The notes under the pieces are model-generated. The model was not told where the DNA came from and ran no database searches. It saw only the letters and a program-made list of their open reading frames with translations. A stretch of DNA of 59,993 nucleotides, counting the filler, from Bipalium vagum (taxonomy: Eukaryota): NCBI GenBank assembly GCA_037834085.1. It is 3 parts of 3 records of this genome, joined end to end, with 100 filler letters (N's around TTAATTAATTAA, not from the genome) between each part and the next. Parts side by side here need not be neighbours in the genome. Positions count along the whole stretch, not along the records: positions 17,875 to 44,340 come from JBBMKC010146018.1; 2 more parts are not named here. One strand, 5' to 3'. The stretch's first letter is position 1. Each line of letters begins with the position of its first letter. Made by a program: the position numbers and the translations under genes. Shown here piece by piece: positions 25,620 to 38,700 of this stretch.

Positions 25620-26126
25620 CTGGAATACAAAAGAAATCTTTCAACACAGAATCTATGACAAAGTGGAAATCAATGATGAAAAGCTCTTTTAGTTTTTAAC
25701 AAATATAAAAGAAAACTGAAAAATATTTTTCACAATTAAATTTTCTTTTCATATTTAAAAAATTTCCATTAATTTTACATTTGCCCAAAATTCTTAAACT
25801 CGACGTTAAAAGTTTTGAATACTTTGTATGGTACTTTTATGAATTAAGACCTACGTGATATCCTACGACTGAATAAAATGATTTTTATCGAATAAAATTC
25901 AATCAAAAAGGCAAACATTGAGAGCTTGTATGGTAAATAATATTTCCTCATAATAAAAAGTAAACAAATGTATTTTATCTTTAGATCGATATTAATTGTT
26001 TTCTCAATATTTAATAAATTAAAATAATTGGTATAAATTATTTAGTTTTTCTTAATGCAGTATTCAAATTTTGATCCAAATAAAATAATAAATATTGATT
26101 AATTTTTAAAATATAAAGGTTTAAAA

Positions 26127-26402
26127 CAGTGGCCTTCAACCTTTTTTAGCCTAACACCAACTTTTGCTACATTGCCATCTATAAAAAAATTTATCGCCCA
26201 TCCAAACTTTGAAAAACTTATTAAAATCCACATAATGTTTATTGACAAAAAATAATGAAATATCTACAACTAGTATAGTAGTTGAAAGATTTAATGAGAT
26301 CCATGTGCTTGATGTTTCGATGCCAAGGAATTCTTCCTAACTCCCACCCAATATTTCAAAATGCCCACTAGTGAGAGATATCGCCTAGGTTGATGGTCAC
26401 TG
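26127..26402. mobile_element. hAT (Buster/Charlie-type) MITE
   Basis: TIRs CAGTGGCCTTCAACCT and CAGTGACCATCAACCT. Perfect 8-bp TSD GTTTAAAA with central TA. Confidence 0.92.
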
Positions 26403-26688
26403 GTTTAAAAGATTATATTAACATTTTAACACAAATACTTAAAATATTCAATAAATAAATATATAAAATATATAAATTGTATAAATAAAATTATATTATT
26501 AAATGAAAATATACAAATATATATTCATAAAACATATCAATATAATATTAATTATACATTTAAAATGATCGTAAAAAAACTTCACAAAAAATTTTAAAAA
26601 ATTAAAATTGAAAGGATAATATCACAGTATAATATTATAATATTTAATAAAATAATATATTCATATAATAATATTATATAGCCTCAAC

Positions 26689-26772
26689 CTTTAAATTAAA
26701 AACTTGGAAATGATAATTATGATAGGAATCAGAACACAAAAAGAAAATAAAAATAAAAATTCCTGTCATCAT
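26689..26772 (-). CDS. PAL: Candidate PAL first exon (signal peptide)
   Basis: MMTGIFIFIFFLCSDSYHNYHFQVFNLK, hydrophobic N-terminus, phase-0 donor AAG|GTTGAG compatible with the next exon. No homology support. Confidence 0.4.
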
Positions 26773-27299
26773 AATTTATTGTTTCCATTAATAATATCGA
26801 TTTTAAAATAAGTCTAATCTTTAATAAACATCTTAATAATTCATAAAATGTTTATCTCCGTGACAAACAGATGAACCAAATTTTAAAAATTATTAAATTA
26901 ATTACAAAAAATTAATTGGCTAAAACTGTTTGTTGTCATTGAATATATTATTTTTACATATATTTCACAGTATTTTATTAAAATACTTGAAAGATAAAGA
27001 ACTATAAGTTACTTAAAGTTCGAATCTGTCTAAAAACTTTAAGTCGTGAAATATCTTGTAAAATGCTATTATTTTTGACAAAGAAATATTATTGTAATTT
27101 TTAATCATATTAAATGATATTATATAAATTTTACTGTTTTACTATTTTTTTCCTGATTATTATGTAAAGACAGAGTAAGGGAAATTTATCTATTTATTTT
27201 ACATATAAATAAAAATATTTATAATTTTTTTTATTTTTATGCTATAATATAATTCTCTTTCGGTTAAAATATCACAATTATGGATTTGGTTTAGATTAG

Positions 27300-27501
27300 G
27301 GTATATATGTCTACGCGTTTAAACAAATAAAAATTATTCGATTTGTCAATGAACATGAATCACTTTAATATTTATTGTAGGTAAATCATTGGAAAAACAC
27401 AAATGTTTTATAAATGTCTGGAAGTAGAAAATAAATTCGGTTGAAAATTAGTTGATTATTTTTTATTTAAACGGGTATACAAATTTACGAAACATTCTGT
27501 A
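27300..27501. mobile_element. Terminal fragment of a Tc1/mariner-like repeat; second copy near 41141-41363
   Basis: Shared ATTTGTCAATGAACATGAATCA core, internal TACGCG/CG(C/G)GTA inverted motifs and a GAAACA..C.G-TA end. Confidence 0.7.
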
Positions 27502-28031
27502 TATAGCAAGCAGAAGAAATAAGGGTTATGGTTATATTATAGTTAATTTTTGCATGAAAATAAAAAACTTTAAAAAAATGAAAAATTAATTTTCTTAAAA
27601 TTCTTTTGAATATTTTGTAAAAATTAAAATGATACAAGAAAGTATTCAGATAGTTTAAATGTTTTGGAAATCTTCAGCAATATATTGAAACCTTTTCTAG
27701 AACTTTTCAAAGAATTTTGATAAAGATATGTGTGCAGACTCCCCCAATCTAACAGAACTGTTTCTACAAAGGAATAAAGAAATAAAGAAAAAAACAAGTG
27801 AAATAAGCAGTCATTCTCAGAAAAAAATTGAATCTCTCAATTGAGGATACATTATCTGGCAATTATTGTTACTCTTTTTTAGTAGTCAGTTTGACAATTA
27901 TTATCCTTTTACTGTAATAAAAGACATTATTTACTTTTTATGTTTCATCAGTGTAATTTTTACATTTTTAAATAAATCGTATTAATAATAATAATGATAA
28001 TAATAATAATAATTGTTAGGTTCAAATAAAT

Positions 28032-28103
28032 TGGAGACACCGGGATTCGAACCCGGGACCTTTCACATGCGCATGGACTGCTCTACCGCTGAGCTACGTC
28101 CCC
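28032..28103 (-). tRNA. tRNA-Ala(CGC)-like gene with disrupted anticodon arm (pseudo-tRNA or SINE head)
   Basis: GGGGACG TA GCTC AGCGGTA GAGC A GTCCA TGCGCAT GTGAA AGGTC CCGGG TTCGAAT CCCGG TGTCTCC A. Acceptor stem with G3:U70, D and T arms and A/B boxes intact. Anticodon stem pairs only 2 of 5, with G at position 33. Confidence 0.85.
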
Positions 28104-28107
28104 CATT

Positions 28108-28330
28108 CATTTTTCATCTAAACTCCTTACAATAATGTTCTACAATTATTGTTTCTCCTCCATTGAGAAACTCAAAATACACTAGATTGTCTATATTCCA
28201 CCAAACACAAAGAAGTATCTTATTGACTTAATTTTGAAATTTTTGGTTTGGTATCACCCGATCACATTTGGCCAACCATTGCAATTTTTATGTGGATTGT
28301 GGTATTGAAACCACTTTTCATCTGATATTA
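28108..28330 (-). mobile_element. Mariner remnant directly abutting the tRNA-like gene
   Basis: KILL.VWWNIDNLVYFEFLNGGETIIVEHYCKE. Confidence 0.75.
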
Positions 28331-28339
28331 AAATTGAAT

Positions 28340-29000
28340 CTAAGAATATCCTATCTTTATAACGCGAGAGCAATGAAGAACAGAGAAGAATACGACTGGT
28401 TTTGTTGCTCTCTGACAAATCATTGGGAATTCATTTTCATACATGTTTTCCCAAGGCGATTGAATATTGTATATTAGAGATAAATTTTGTTTATTAAATA
28501 GTTTCTGAGAACAATCGAATTTATTGGCAAGATCTCGCGTGAATTGTTGAAGATCTGACTCTATGCTTTCTTTCAACAATATATAGATAAGTAGAATAAA
28601 AAAATTAGAAGCTCATATTTTTAATAAAAATGTTATAAAAATGTATAAAAATGTATATATGTACCAAAATCCAACCATTTTATAAAATTCTGTAGCTTTT
28701 TGAATCATATCTGGCTAAATTTCCAGGTATGTTGGATTTAATTCGACCAGATGATGGAAACTACATTTATTTATTATAGATATAACCTCGCTTGAAATTT
28801 CTTTAGTTTTGACGTCTGAGAATTACCTGAATAACTGGTTTTATGAATTGACTTGAATTGATAGTCTCGATCTTCTCGATTAATATATTAATCAGGTAAA
28901 TAAAAGTGATAAATTGGCAGGTTTGTATATACCTGTTCTGGTTCCTTTAATTATATGAAGTCTTACACAGAGCTTCTAGAATCTTCAATTTTTTATTTTA
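28340..29000 (-). mobile_element. Decayed Gypsy-like pol fragments
   Basis: KKLQNFI/MVGF (RT thumb KxLQxFLGMVGF) across a frameshift. Confidence 0.35.
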
Positions 29001-32000
29001 ATTTTTTCTTAGTCGTCATAATAAGTGTAATCTTTTATATAATCACTTACGTTTTTTAACTGCTCGTCATTTTTCTGGAAAAACAAATTCGCTTCATTTT
29101 CAATTTGTGTCTGTCATCTATTTTTAAAATTTATTTTAATAAATAATTAAGTAACTAACATTTATTTTTTAAATTTTTATATATAAATAAGAATTTACTC
29201 ATTGTAAAATATAATGTATTTATTAGTTATAACTAACTAAACTATGAACTAATCATAACAATTGTATGTCTCCTCAAATTTTATGAACCTAAAATATGCT
29301 CAAATCTGTATTCATGTTTGAATAACTTTAAAAAATAGTGTTTTATTTTAACCAAAAATATTCAAGAAATGATATTAATAATCATTTACTTGCCTCTTCA
29401 TTTAAAAGAAAAAAAACTGTCAGATAAGCAGAAGAATAGGACTAATCCCTGAAAAACACTAAAAAGAAAAAAATCATTGTTTATCAATGACATTAATTAA
29501 ATTAAATCATTAAGCAAATCAATCATAAAGTAGTCATCTAACAACTGAATAAATCAATTTATCAACAAAATCTCAAAATAAAACCAGTTATTATGACATT
29601 ATCATTTTAATAAATTATAAACCATTGCAACATTTTGTATTATATAATTTAATTATTTTTTGATCAGAAATTTAAATCACTTTCTAATTTTAATATCAAA
29701 AGACAAAAAATAATAATTGAAATATAAATTATTATCAATAATACTGAGAAATAAAATACATATGGTTATATGTCAAATGAAATAACATACCATCGATAAA
29801 GTTTTTTTTTTTATGTACATGTGAATGCTCCCATCGCCATGAACATTAACTATACTAAAGATATTTTATTATTTATTTTTTTATTTTATTTTCGTCCGAA
29901 AACCCATATTATTTAATTTTCATTTTATGTTTTAGTTTAAATTTGTATTATTATATATAAATATTATAGAACACATTTTCAAAGTCGATCATTATTCTTG
30001 AAAGGGAGTTCACAATCCCGGCTTAGCAGCCAACTAAGAGTTATGAGCTGATATGGCACCAAAGATAATTGTATTATCAGGTCGGAGCTCTAAATATGTT
30101 TTGTTTGATGAAGAGAAAAGCCTCGAATTTTAATATAATAGACAAATATCAGAGATTTGAAAAAATGTATAACAAATATAAATTTAAATTATAACAGATA
30201 TTTGACAGTTATTTCTTTTTTAATAGAAAAATTAATCTAAAAATTATGGAGCAAGGTGACATGAAATAAAGTTGTAGATCAGTTTTAGTCATAAGAACTC
30301 TGGTGAAAGTCATTGTCGAAATTGAAGACTTGGTAAATGGAAATATAGATGTTGACATACAGTAGATATTGTATAGGTCGTTGGAGGTGTCAAGCGTAAA
30401 AAAATATAACATATTTATGGTTGAAGTCAATGATCTATAACCAAATACATTGATAAAAATTATTGCAGAACTTGATATAGCTGGATCCATCCAAAATTAT
30501 ACCATAAATGATTAAAACATCAAACTTTAAATCCTTCAAAACTTTCAAAATAAAATGTGTATAATTCAATTTAAGGTAACTGAAATGACTTTATATTACA
30601 AATAAACCCAAGGAGTCGGACAAAATGAAATGTCGAGGAGCAACTGTAAGAATTTATTTGGAGAAGAATAAATAATGAAAAAATCTTGGAAGAGTTTTTG
30701 AAACCACTTATTAGTTATTGCAAAGAATTATTATTCTTTGTCTAACTTTATCAAGTATCACTAAATTCCCTAATTTGGTTTAATGAAATAAAAATAATCA
30801 TAAATGAATGTTAAAGACAATTTAAGACAAAAATCAGTAGAAAAAATAAGAAATAAATAATCCATTTATATTAAAACAGCACATTCAATCGACTAATTAT
30901 AACGTGCCAAAAAAATTAAAATGGTTAACTTAAACAAACAAATCTTTGGCCTTTTAATTACCAATTATTTTATTATAACTACTCTATTATATAAGAATAA
31001 TAATTAAATATATTAAATTCTTTATCGATTTTTTATAAAAAATAATGATTAACCATCAAAAGCTAATTATATTTATTATCTAGTAATATTACGCAGTATT
31101 ATTTGGATGTGGACATGACTTTTTTTCAGCACTGTATGTTACAGATGATTAAAATGAAAGTAACCAGAACTTTCGTTAAAGATTTGGGTTTTTCATTGCA
31201 AGTTTCCAAAAATGGATAAATGAATATGTGCGAATATATGCGAAAACCAAATTTACCATGTTAACAGGTAAAGAAGGTTAATTATCTGCTCTATTTACCA
31301 AGCGTATTGACTAATAAATTTGACAAAAAACCTTGTTAATGGAAAAAATATTTTTATATTTCGGGGACAATCGAACCAAAACAACTGATATAATGCTTTG
31401 AAGACTACTAGATTTTCTTCCATGAAAACAACCATGACTTTAACTTGGTTGGTGGTAGAAAAACTATGCTTCTCATTATTCACAAAGGGAAAATTAATTA
31501 TAATATATAAAATATTTATGGCCTAGGATTTTTTGAACATATTTTTAATTATGCAATATTTGTCTCTATTCCGATTTTGATGTTTTTGGTTTAAATAAGG
31601 AATAAATCTTTAATATTATCGACTTTTTGTTAAACTATTTAAATAGTATGACTCATTATTCGATCATATCCGTTACAAAGGCAGCCTCAATGATTTATTT
31701 TGGTAAAAAAGATTGTTTCTTATTTGTGATCAGTCGTTCAGTGCTTTTTTCAATGTGATGAGAGTGCGTGTGTGGAAAGTCGAAGACATCTTTCTACAAA
31801 TATTAACGCTTTTGACAAGGAGTGAACAAGAGAGCAGCAATCTTTTCAGATTGTCTTCACGTTTCTAACTATTGTCAACTTGATCATCGCAAAGCTGATT
31901 TATCTGTTCCACTATTTCAGTGAATTCCTAATTGACATAGGCAGAAGAATTGGATGATTTTTCCATCACAGATATCAGGCCTTGGTCTAATATTAAATAA

Positions 32001-32999
32001 TTATTTTTCAGATGCCGAATGATGAAATCAAATTTTCTTCGAAAGACACAGAAGAGAACAAATAAAGTATCGGTGGTTTTAATGCTGAATGTAATATTAC
32101 TTTTAGAAAAAGAAAATAAATCAATTTAGAATATGTTGAAAAATAATTGCGAAAGGAAAACATCAATTGAATGTTGAACGAAAATTAATAAATTTTATAC
32201 AGAAAAATGGTTATATTTTGAAAATTTTCATTCTTAAAATCAATTTTACCCAATATATGGTACCGAAATACCTTTTTAGTATATTGCCAACCATTTTAAT
32301 ATTTTAGGTTGGAATTTCTATTTGGATTTGAACTTAACACATACATGCGTTTATTCTTTGTCAGACGAAAACCTTTATTTCCGGGCATATCTCATCTGAA
32401 AAATTGAAATATTTTTCATTGTTAAGTATAAAAAAAGTTTCGGAATCATTTATTTCTCTTCGTAATTGTCAACACGAAGATATTTTTTTGGTTTTTTTTT
32501 ACGGTGTACTTCGGTGCAAGTTAACATTTAAAATATTTAAATTCATATTCTTCTAATTTTCTTGTATACATGTTTTGTACACGTTAAATTTATTATCCAA
32601 AAATCTTTGGCTATTACCAAAAAGGTCTTCAAAAGTATTTCGAAATTTTCGGAATCTATTGGTTTATGTTTAGAGGACGACCTGTTCTAGGTTTGTCATA
32701 ATATGGTAGACCATTTTTAAATCATTTTCTGACTCAATAAATTGTTGTTCTTGGAATAAGTTTAGCTTGAAAATGTTAAATGACATCTGATATTTTCATT
32801 CGTCCAATAAGAAAAGATTCATTTCCAAATATCCTCTATATTTTCTATAAAGGTCGTCATTTATATCTTTGAAATATAAATCGTTAAGTAATTAAAAGTC
32901 CTTACTTTTTTATAGTTTGTTTAAATACTCCAATAACTGTTAAGAAATTACCGCTATTTTAAACCTAAAAATTTATTTTTAAAGGTTGAATCATAAAAG

Positions 33000-33300
33000 G
33001 TACGTTGAACTTTGAGCAGCGAAAATTTATTATCAAAAATTACTTTAAGTTCGAAAACATAAAAGAAGTAAAACTCTAACAATACTAACAATCAGTCGAA
33101 GAAAGGATAAAATCGAAAAGATGGAACTATTAATAATGTTAACAAAAACCGTTCTGCAAGACGGAGAATATCGAGAAGTCCCACAGAAAAAGAAAGAATT
33201 GTTTTATCGAAGTCCACAAACATCTGTGAGACAAGCAAATCTTGAGCAAGGAATCTCAAAAGAATCTGTTCTCCGAACTTTGAAGCGCAGTCATAAAATA
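33000..33300 (+). mobile_element. N-terminal remnant of a rosa/maT-like transposase
   Basis: EQRKFIIKNYFKFENIKEV and RSPQTSVRQANLEQGISKESVLRTLKR. Confidence 0.6.
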
Positions 33301-34046
33301 CATTTCATTAAACTTCATTTATAATTATTTTAAGTAAATGTAATCTTAATTCATTTTTAGACTGAACTCTAAACCTAAATAAAATTCGAAGAAAATCTTC
33401 TTAATCATATCCAACATACCACGGATAACTTTATCCAAACATATAATAAAACATTTTAATCAGCGAAAAATTTTTTATATTATTACTATTGATTAAAGTT
33501 CAACCCATAAATTTAAGATAAAGTAAATTTTATTATAAAAACATTTAAAATGAAAAAAATACAACATTAACATTATTAATTGTAATTCAATTTAAAATTT
33601 TTAAAAATATTTTCATTTTTTCAAATTAGAGTTCATTGATCTTCGTAATTATTTTTGTATAATATTTGTATAAATTTATTTTTTAGATTTTCAAAGTGCT
33701 AATCAATCTTTGGAAACTTCATACTTTCATTCAAAATGTAAAAAAATTACATATCAATAATAATAATTTATTGAATAATATAAATCAGTTGGAAATTAAA
33801 AACCAATTATTGATACAAAATTGTAATATAATAAAACATGAATTTGAGATCATGAACCAGTATTTATTAATTAAATTTATAACAATTATAGAATATAATC
33901 TACACTTATGAATTCCGAAACTGAAAATTTTGTAAATTTTGTCCAAACTGCTAATCAGCATTTTACAGAATTATTAAATAAGGTTTTATAGGACGGAATG
34001 CTGGAAATGCCACAGAAATAAGTCTTGATGTTAATATATGTTTTTG

Positions 34047-34766
34047 TTACAGTTGTTCATCGATATTCCCCAGTGATAAAAAAGGGGAATAGATATTCCA
34101 CAGCGATAAAGCTTATCTACGATTGGTTGATCGTCTGACCAGAATGGTATTTAAGAGTTGGAATCCGCAGTGGATAGCCACAAAGAGAGATTAGGGAAAA
34201 TTTGTTATTATTATCAGAAGAATTAATATTATCGGTAGATTCAAAATTTGTTATTAGTGTCAGAAGAATTATTTTGTCAGAAGATATTCTAAGATTTCAA
34301 TTTGGTGTCATTTATGCCCTTAATTATGCAACAGGAGCTTACGACGGGTCCTGTGCTGTTAGAGGGTTTGTGAGCGAATCGAACCACCCTTTGGACATGT
34401 CGTCGACATATCAGTGAGGATCATTATTTTTTTTAATTTTCTTTTTAAAATTAACCTTTAATTTTATTGACATTATCCTAAGACATTTGATTAACCTTTT
34501 GATTTAATTGATAATATTTGATTATTTATTAATTCTTTATTTTTGGATTTTGTCATTGAAACATTTGATTGTGTAATTGTAAACATTTATTTGATAATTC
34601 GATTTGATTATTTGAGACATTGTGGTTGTTACTTTGTTAATAAAGTGTTATTCGTAGTTGTTTTGATTCATTCATTTGCGTACACGTTTTGTCCAAAGTG
34701 AATGGGTCAGTAAACTTTACGAACTAAGTGTTATGCCAGGGTTCACAATAATATAATAGTGTTACA
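34047..34766 (+). mobile_element. LTR-like sequence related to the 12.7-13.65 kb element; 5' edge uncertain
   Basis: Shared AAAGGGGAAT.GA.ATTCC, GACCAGAAT.GTAT..AAG and TCAGAAGAATT motifs. AATAAA near 34639. Ends TAATAGTGTTACA. Confidence 0.6.
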
Positions 34767-35048
34767 ATTAAAAACCTAATAAATAGCTTATGATTCATTG
34801 GATTTTGTCATTGAAACATTTGATTGTGTAATTGTAAACATTTATTTGATAATTCGATTTGATTATTTGAGACATTGTGGTTGTTACTTTGTTAATAAAG
34901 TGTTATTCGTAGTTGTTTTGATTCATTCATTTGCGTACACGTTTTGTCCAAAGTGAATGGGTCAGTAAACTTTACGAACTAAGTGTTATGCCAGGGTTCA
35001 CAATAATATAATAGTGTTACAATTAAAAACCTAATAAATAGCTTATGA
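34543..35048. repeat. Apparently identical 251-bp tandem duplication with a 4-bp spacer
   Basis: 34543-34793 equals 34798-35048 by eye; period 255. Confidence 0.93.
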
Positions 35049-37313
35049 CGTGAATACCAGGTTAATTCGGACTTCACAAATTTTTCTTTACAAAATTTAC
35101 AAAAAAATTAATAAAAATAATTTTTATATAATGATTTATTAAAACCTTAGAATCAGAAAAATGAAAATCAGGAAAATTAGAAAAAATCATTTTTAAAATA
35201 GGTAAAAATGCAGAATTTCAAAAATGAGAATGGAAAAATGACTTTAAAAAATGAAGTATTTTTTATTAAAATAAAAAAATTAAGATAATTCATAGCCAAA
35301 TTTTTCCGAGGTCTAGAACTTTTTAATTCAAAATTTGCAGTGTAAAAAAGATGAAACCCTATTTGATTGTTTATATAAGGAAAACTATCTTAATCACAAA
35401 AATTCAATTATGCTCCAGTTTGTGTCCAGATTTAATTTATATATTTAAATTTATCTTTTGTAATTTATGTATTTCACCCACTCGGATTTAGATAATTAAA
35501 TTATTTTAAAACAAATATTCGAAATGATACATTATTCGATGTAAAATCAAATCATAAAAAAGATAATTATTTTGTAACAAAAAATTAAGTTAAATAAAAT
35601 AATAATAAAAATAATACATTATAAATTAATAAAGAAAGGTTTTGTTACACAACTGATTGAGACAACGACTACGATGATTCACAAAAGGCATTAATTGCTG
35701 TCTTTGTCTGAATCAAAATCATAACAAGGCAGACTTTGTATAGCCAAATGACCCAATAGAATTGGACTGAAAACCAAGTATATAAACTACTAGCTTTGAA
35801 ACCTATTCGTCAATTAAAATTGTCTGAACAATTCGCTCATAACATTTTGTAGATAAAAAATTAAACCCTTACATTATCTTTCAATTAATTCTAAAAGAAT
35901 TGACTTTAAATTCATCCAAAAAATACAGTAATAAAATTCAAGTTTTGTTTATTTTTTAGTTATTTTTTACACGCTTGTAGTTTAGATTAGGACTCAAGAT
36001 TTTTTTTAATCTGAACCTTTAATTAGGATAATAAGTTGTATTCTTTTTATTTAATAATTCTATATTAAAGAAAACTATCATACTAAAACGAAGAAATTTA
36101 TGCAAAAAGATTTAGATTTTTAAATCTCATTCGTGTCAATTAAATAAACAATTTAAAAATAAAGTTACATCTCTTAACAGGTAAATCACCCCATAATAAA
36201 AGTATAATAACTATATAATCAATAAAGGATTCTCTTTTATTAGAGCGCCTTTCTTAATTAACATAATTATATGCTAAAGACAGATGAATGAACCCAGCAC
36301 TAACATTCCCTTTTTTACGTATTATTTTTATTTTTCTCTTCCACATACTTTGTAGGACATATGGTCGAATTTTATTCAGAACACTGAATACCAGATTGGT
36401 GATACTCATAACTTAGTCAATCAAGAAACGTTTTGTCAAAATCGATTAAAGATAATTAATTCTCAAATTCTATAATTTCCGTATAGAAATTATTTTTTTA
36501 ATTAATAAATCATAAGATTATCCTATTACCAATACTAGTTTCAGAACTTATGATAGGGAAATTTAACAAATCATTTTTTAAAAAAATATTTATCCAAGTT
36601 TCACTTCCTATTTATAATAAATTGAATAGATGAAAATTAAGAAACTTTTAAAATTAAAGTTAACCGAAACAAATCCTGAAATAGCTCATTATATTTATAA
36701 CTTAGTAATTCCAGAAAATTTTTATCAAAATCGATTAAAGATAATTAATTCTCAAATTCAAAAATTTATTTAGAGAAAATAATATATTACGAACTATAAT
36801 ACGGTTCAGAAAACTCCTGCAATTAGCAATTAACTCTAAGATAGCACTTTAACTGAACCATTTTAAAATACTTTGAAATTCACTAGTAATAAAATTATTT
36901 CAGAAGTATTATCTCTAATGGATGAGAACTATATAAATTATAATCAGAAATGATTTATCTACGTTTTTAGTCATTTATACTGCACGGCTCAAATTTTTCA
37001 TTGTTAAATCGTTGTAATGTTGAAAACCATTATAAATTGGTTGATCTCAAAAGAGTTTCGTTAATTTACATTTTAATTATTTAAATATTTTTCAATGAGG
37101 TCTTAATGGAATTTAGATGACAGACATTTTCTAAGCTAACATAAGCTAAGAGATATTTAATGAAAAAAAATACAATTCTTAAAAATTAAACATTCTTATT
37201 AAAATGAATGATTGTTTTCGCGATATAATCAATCTGATTATCGTAAAAACCTGAGAAAAAATATTAAATTTATTTATATTAAATGAATATGAAAATATTA
37301 ATAAATTTTGAAT

Positions 37314-38700
37314 ATGCTTCCTACTATCGTTGTTGATGAAAGTGCGTGCAAGAAGATTAGTGGTTCAGAATTACAGAATGTATTTAATCGCATTGAAGAA
37401 AATACATTTAAAAAATTCCAAAACGGAATGAAGAATTCGCTATTAAAAGCTTTTGAATCTAGCTTCTCTAGATTTTTGGATTCTTGGTTAATTCATTGTG
37501 TTGTTGATGAAGTTATTTTTAGGAAATCTGGATGCGTGAAATCGACTGATACGAAGTAGATGAATTTGGATGGCTATGAGAAAATCTTTCAAATCTGTCG
37601 CGGAAAACTCAATGAATTCAAGAATCCATTCAGTGGAAAGAACGATGAAGAAATTATGCCTTGAAATGCAAACAAATAGTAAGCATTTGTCCATTGATAA
37701 ATCAATCTTGTCCAGTTTTTCCGAGAAGATCAGTGCTGTTGGCCATGTTTTGAATGATTTGAAAAACAATATTAAAAAAAAATTATCAATAATGCTCCTG
37801 ATGAGTAGGGGTTTACTATGGTATCTTATATGTGTTTTATTCTGTGCTGCCAAAGATTTGTGAAAACCAAGTTAGTTTTTTCTTGTAATTATTCATAAAT
37901 TTCAGAATCCAAGAATACGAAGACAAGAATGCCATGATGAAGAGCGAAATTAACTAAGTGAAGATCGAATTTTTTTGAAAACTCTTAATAATTATCAACT
38001 TTTGAATCGGGCTTTGTTAACGGAAGTTCTATAGATAATGAAGTTGTTGAGGTTCCTCCGTCAACCTCCAAATCTTTATTCTCACTTTTAAATGGTTTTT
38101 TAAGAACTATTTTTCTTTTGGAGGTAGAGAAGGAGACTATGGAAATAACATGATTAGTAAATTAATAAAAAATCATCGTTTTCCAGATTTTTTTATTAGA
38201 ACAAAACTAAGATGCGTTAATAGAAAGCTCTTTTATTTGAATCTGGTTCCAATATTCTCGTCATTTTTTATAGTAGGAATAAATCCCTAAGTCAACTACC
38301 ACGGAAATTCACATTCGTTCCCTATTCTGAAGAGTCATTTGTTTTTTACAAAAGGAATCGGGTCAAATTTGTAATCTCATTTCTAAGCTGAAAATTGATG
38401 CTGGTTTCCCATCCAATGTTTCAATCTGTGATGGGAAATTATTTGAAATTTCTGATAGGCTTAATTCATCTGAACATTTTTCTGATTCCCTGTTTGACTT
38501 TTGCAAAATCAATATACCGAATTTATCCAAGTCTGGTGAGGAACTTGGTCTTATTCTGGGAATTGATAACTGTCTGATTAAGCCAGTTTTAATCACATGT
38601 CATCTCATTGATACATATAATTGTAAAATATAAGCACAGTTTGCCTTGTTTTTTAGTCTTACAGCTGATCCAGGACAATACCAAATTTATACTTAAATTG
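37314..38700 (+). pseudogene. Decayed spliced coding-like region of unknown identity
   Basis: Several protein-like frames broken by stops and frameshifts, with a TTTCAG acceptor near 37905. No family recognised. Confidence 0.35.
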
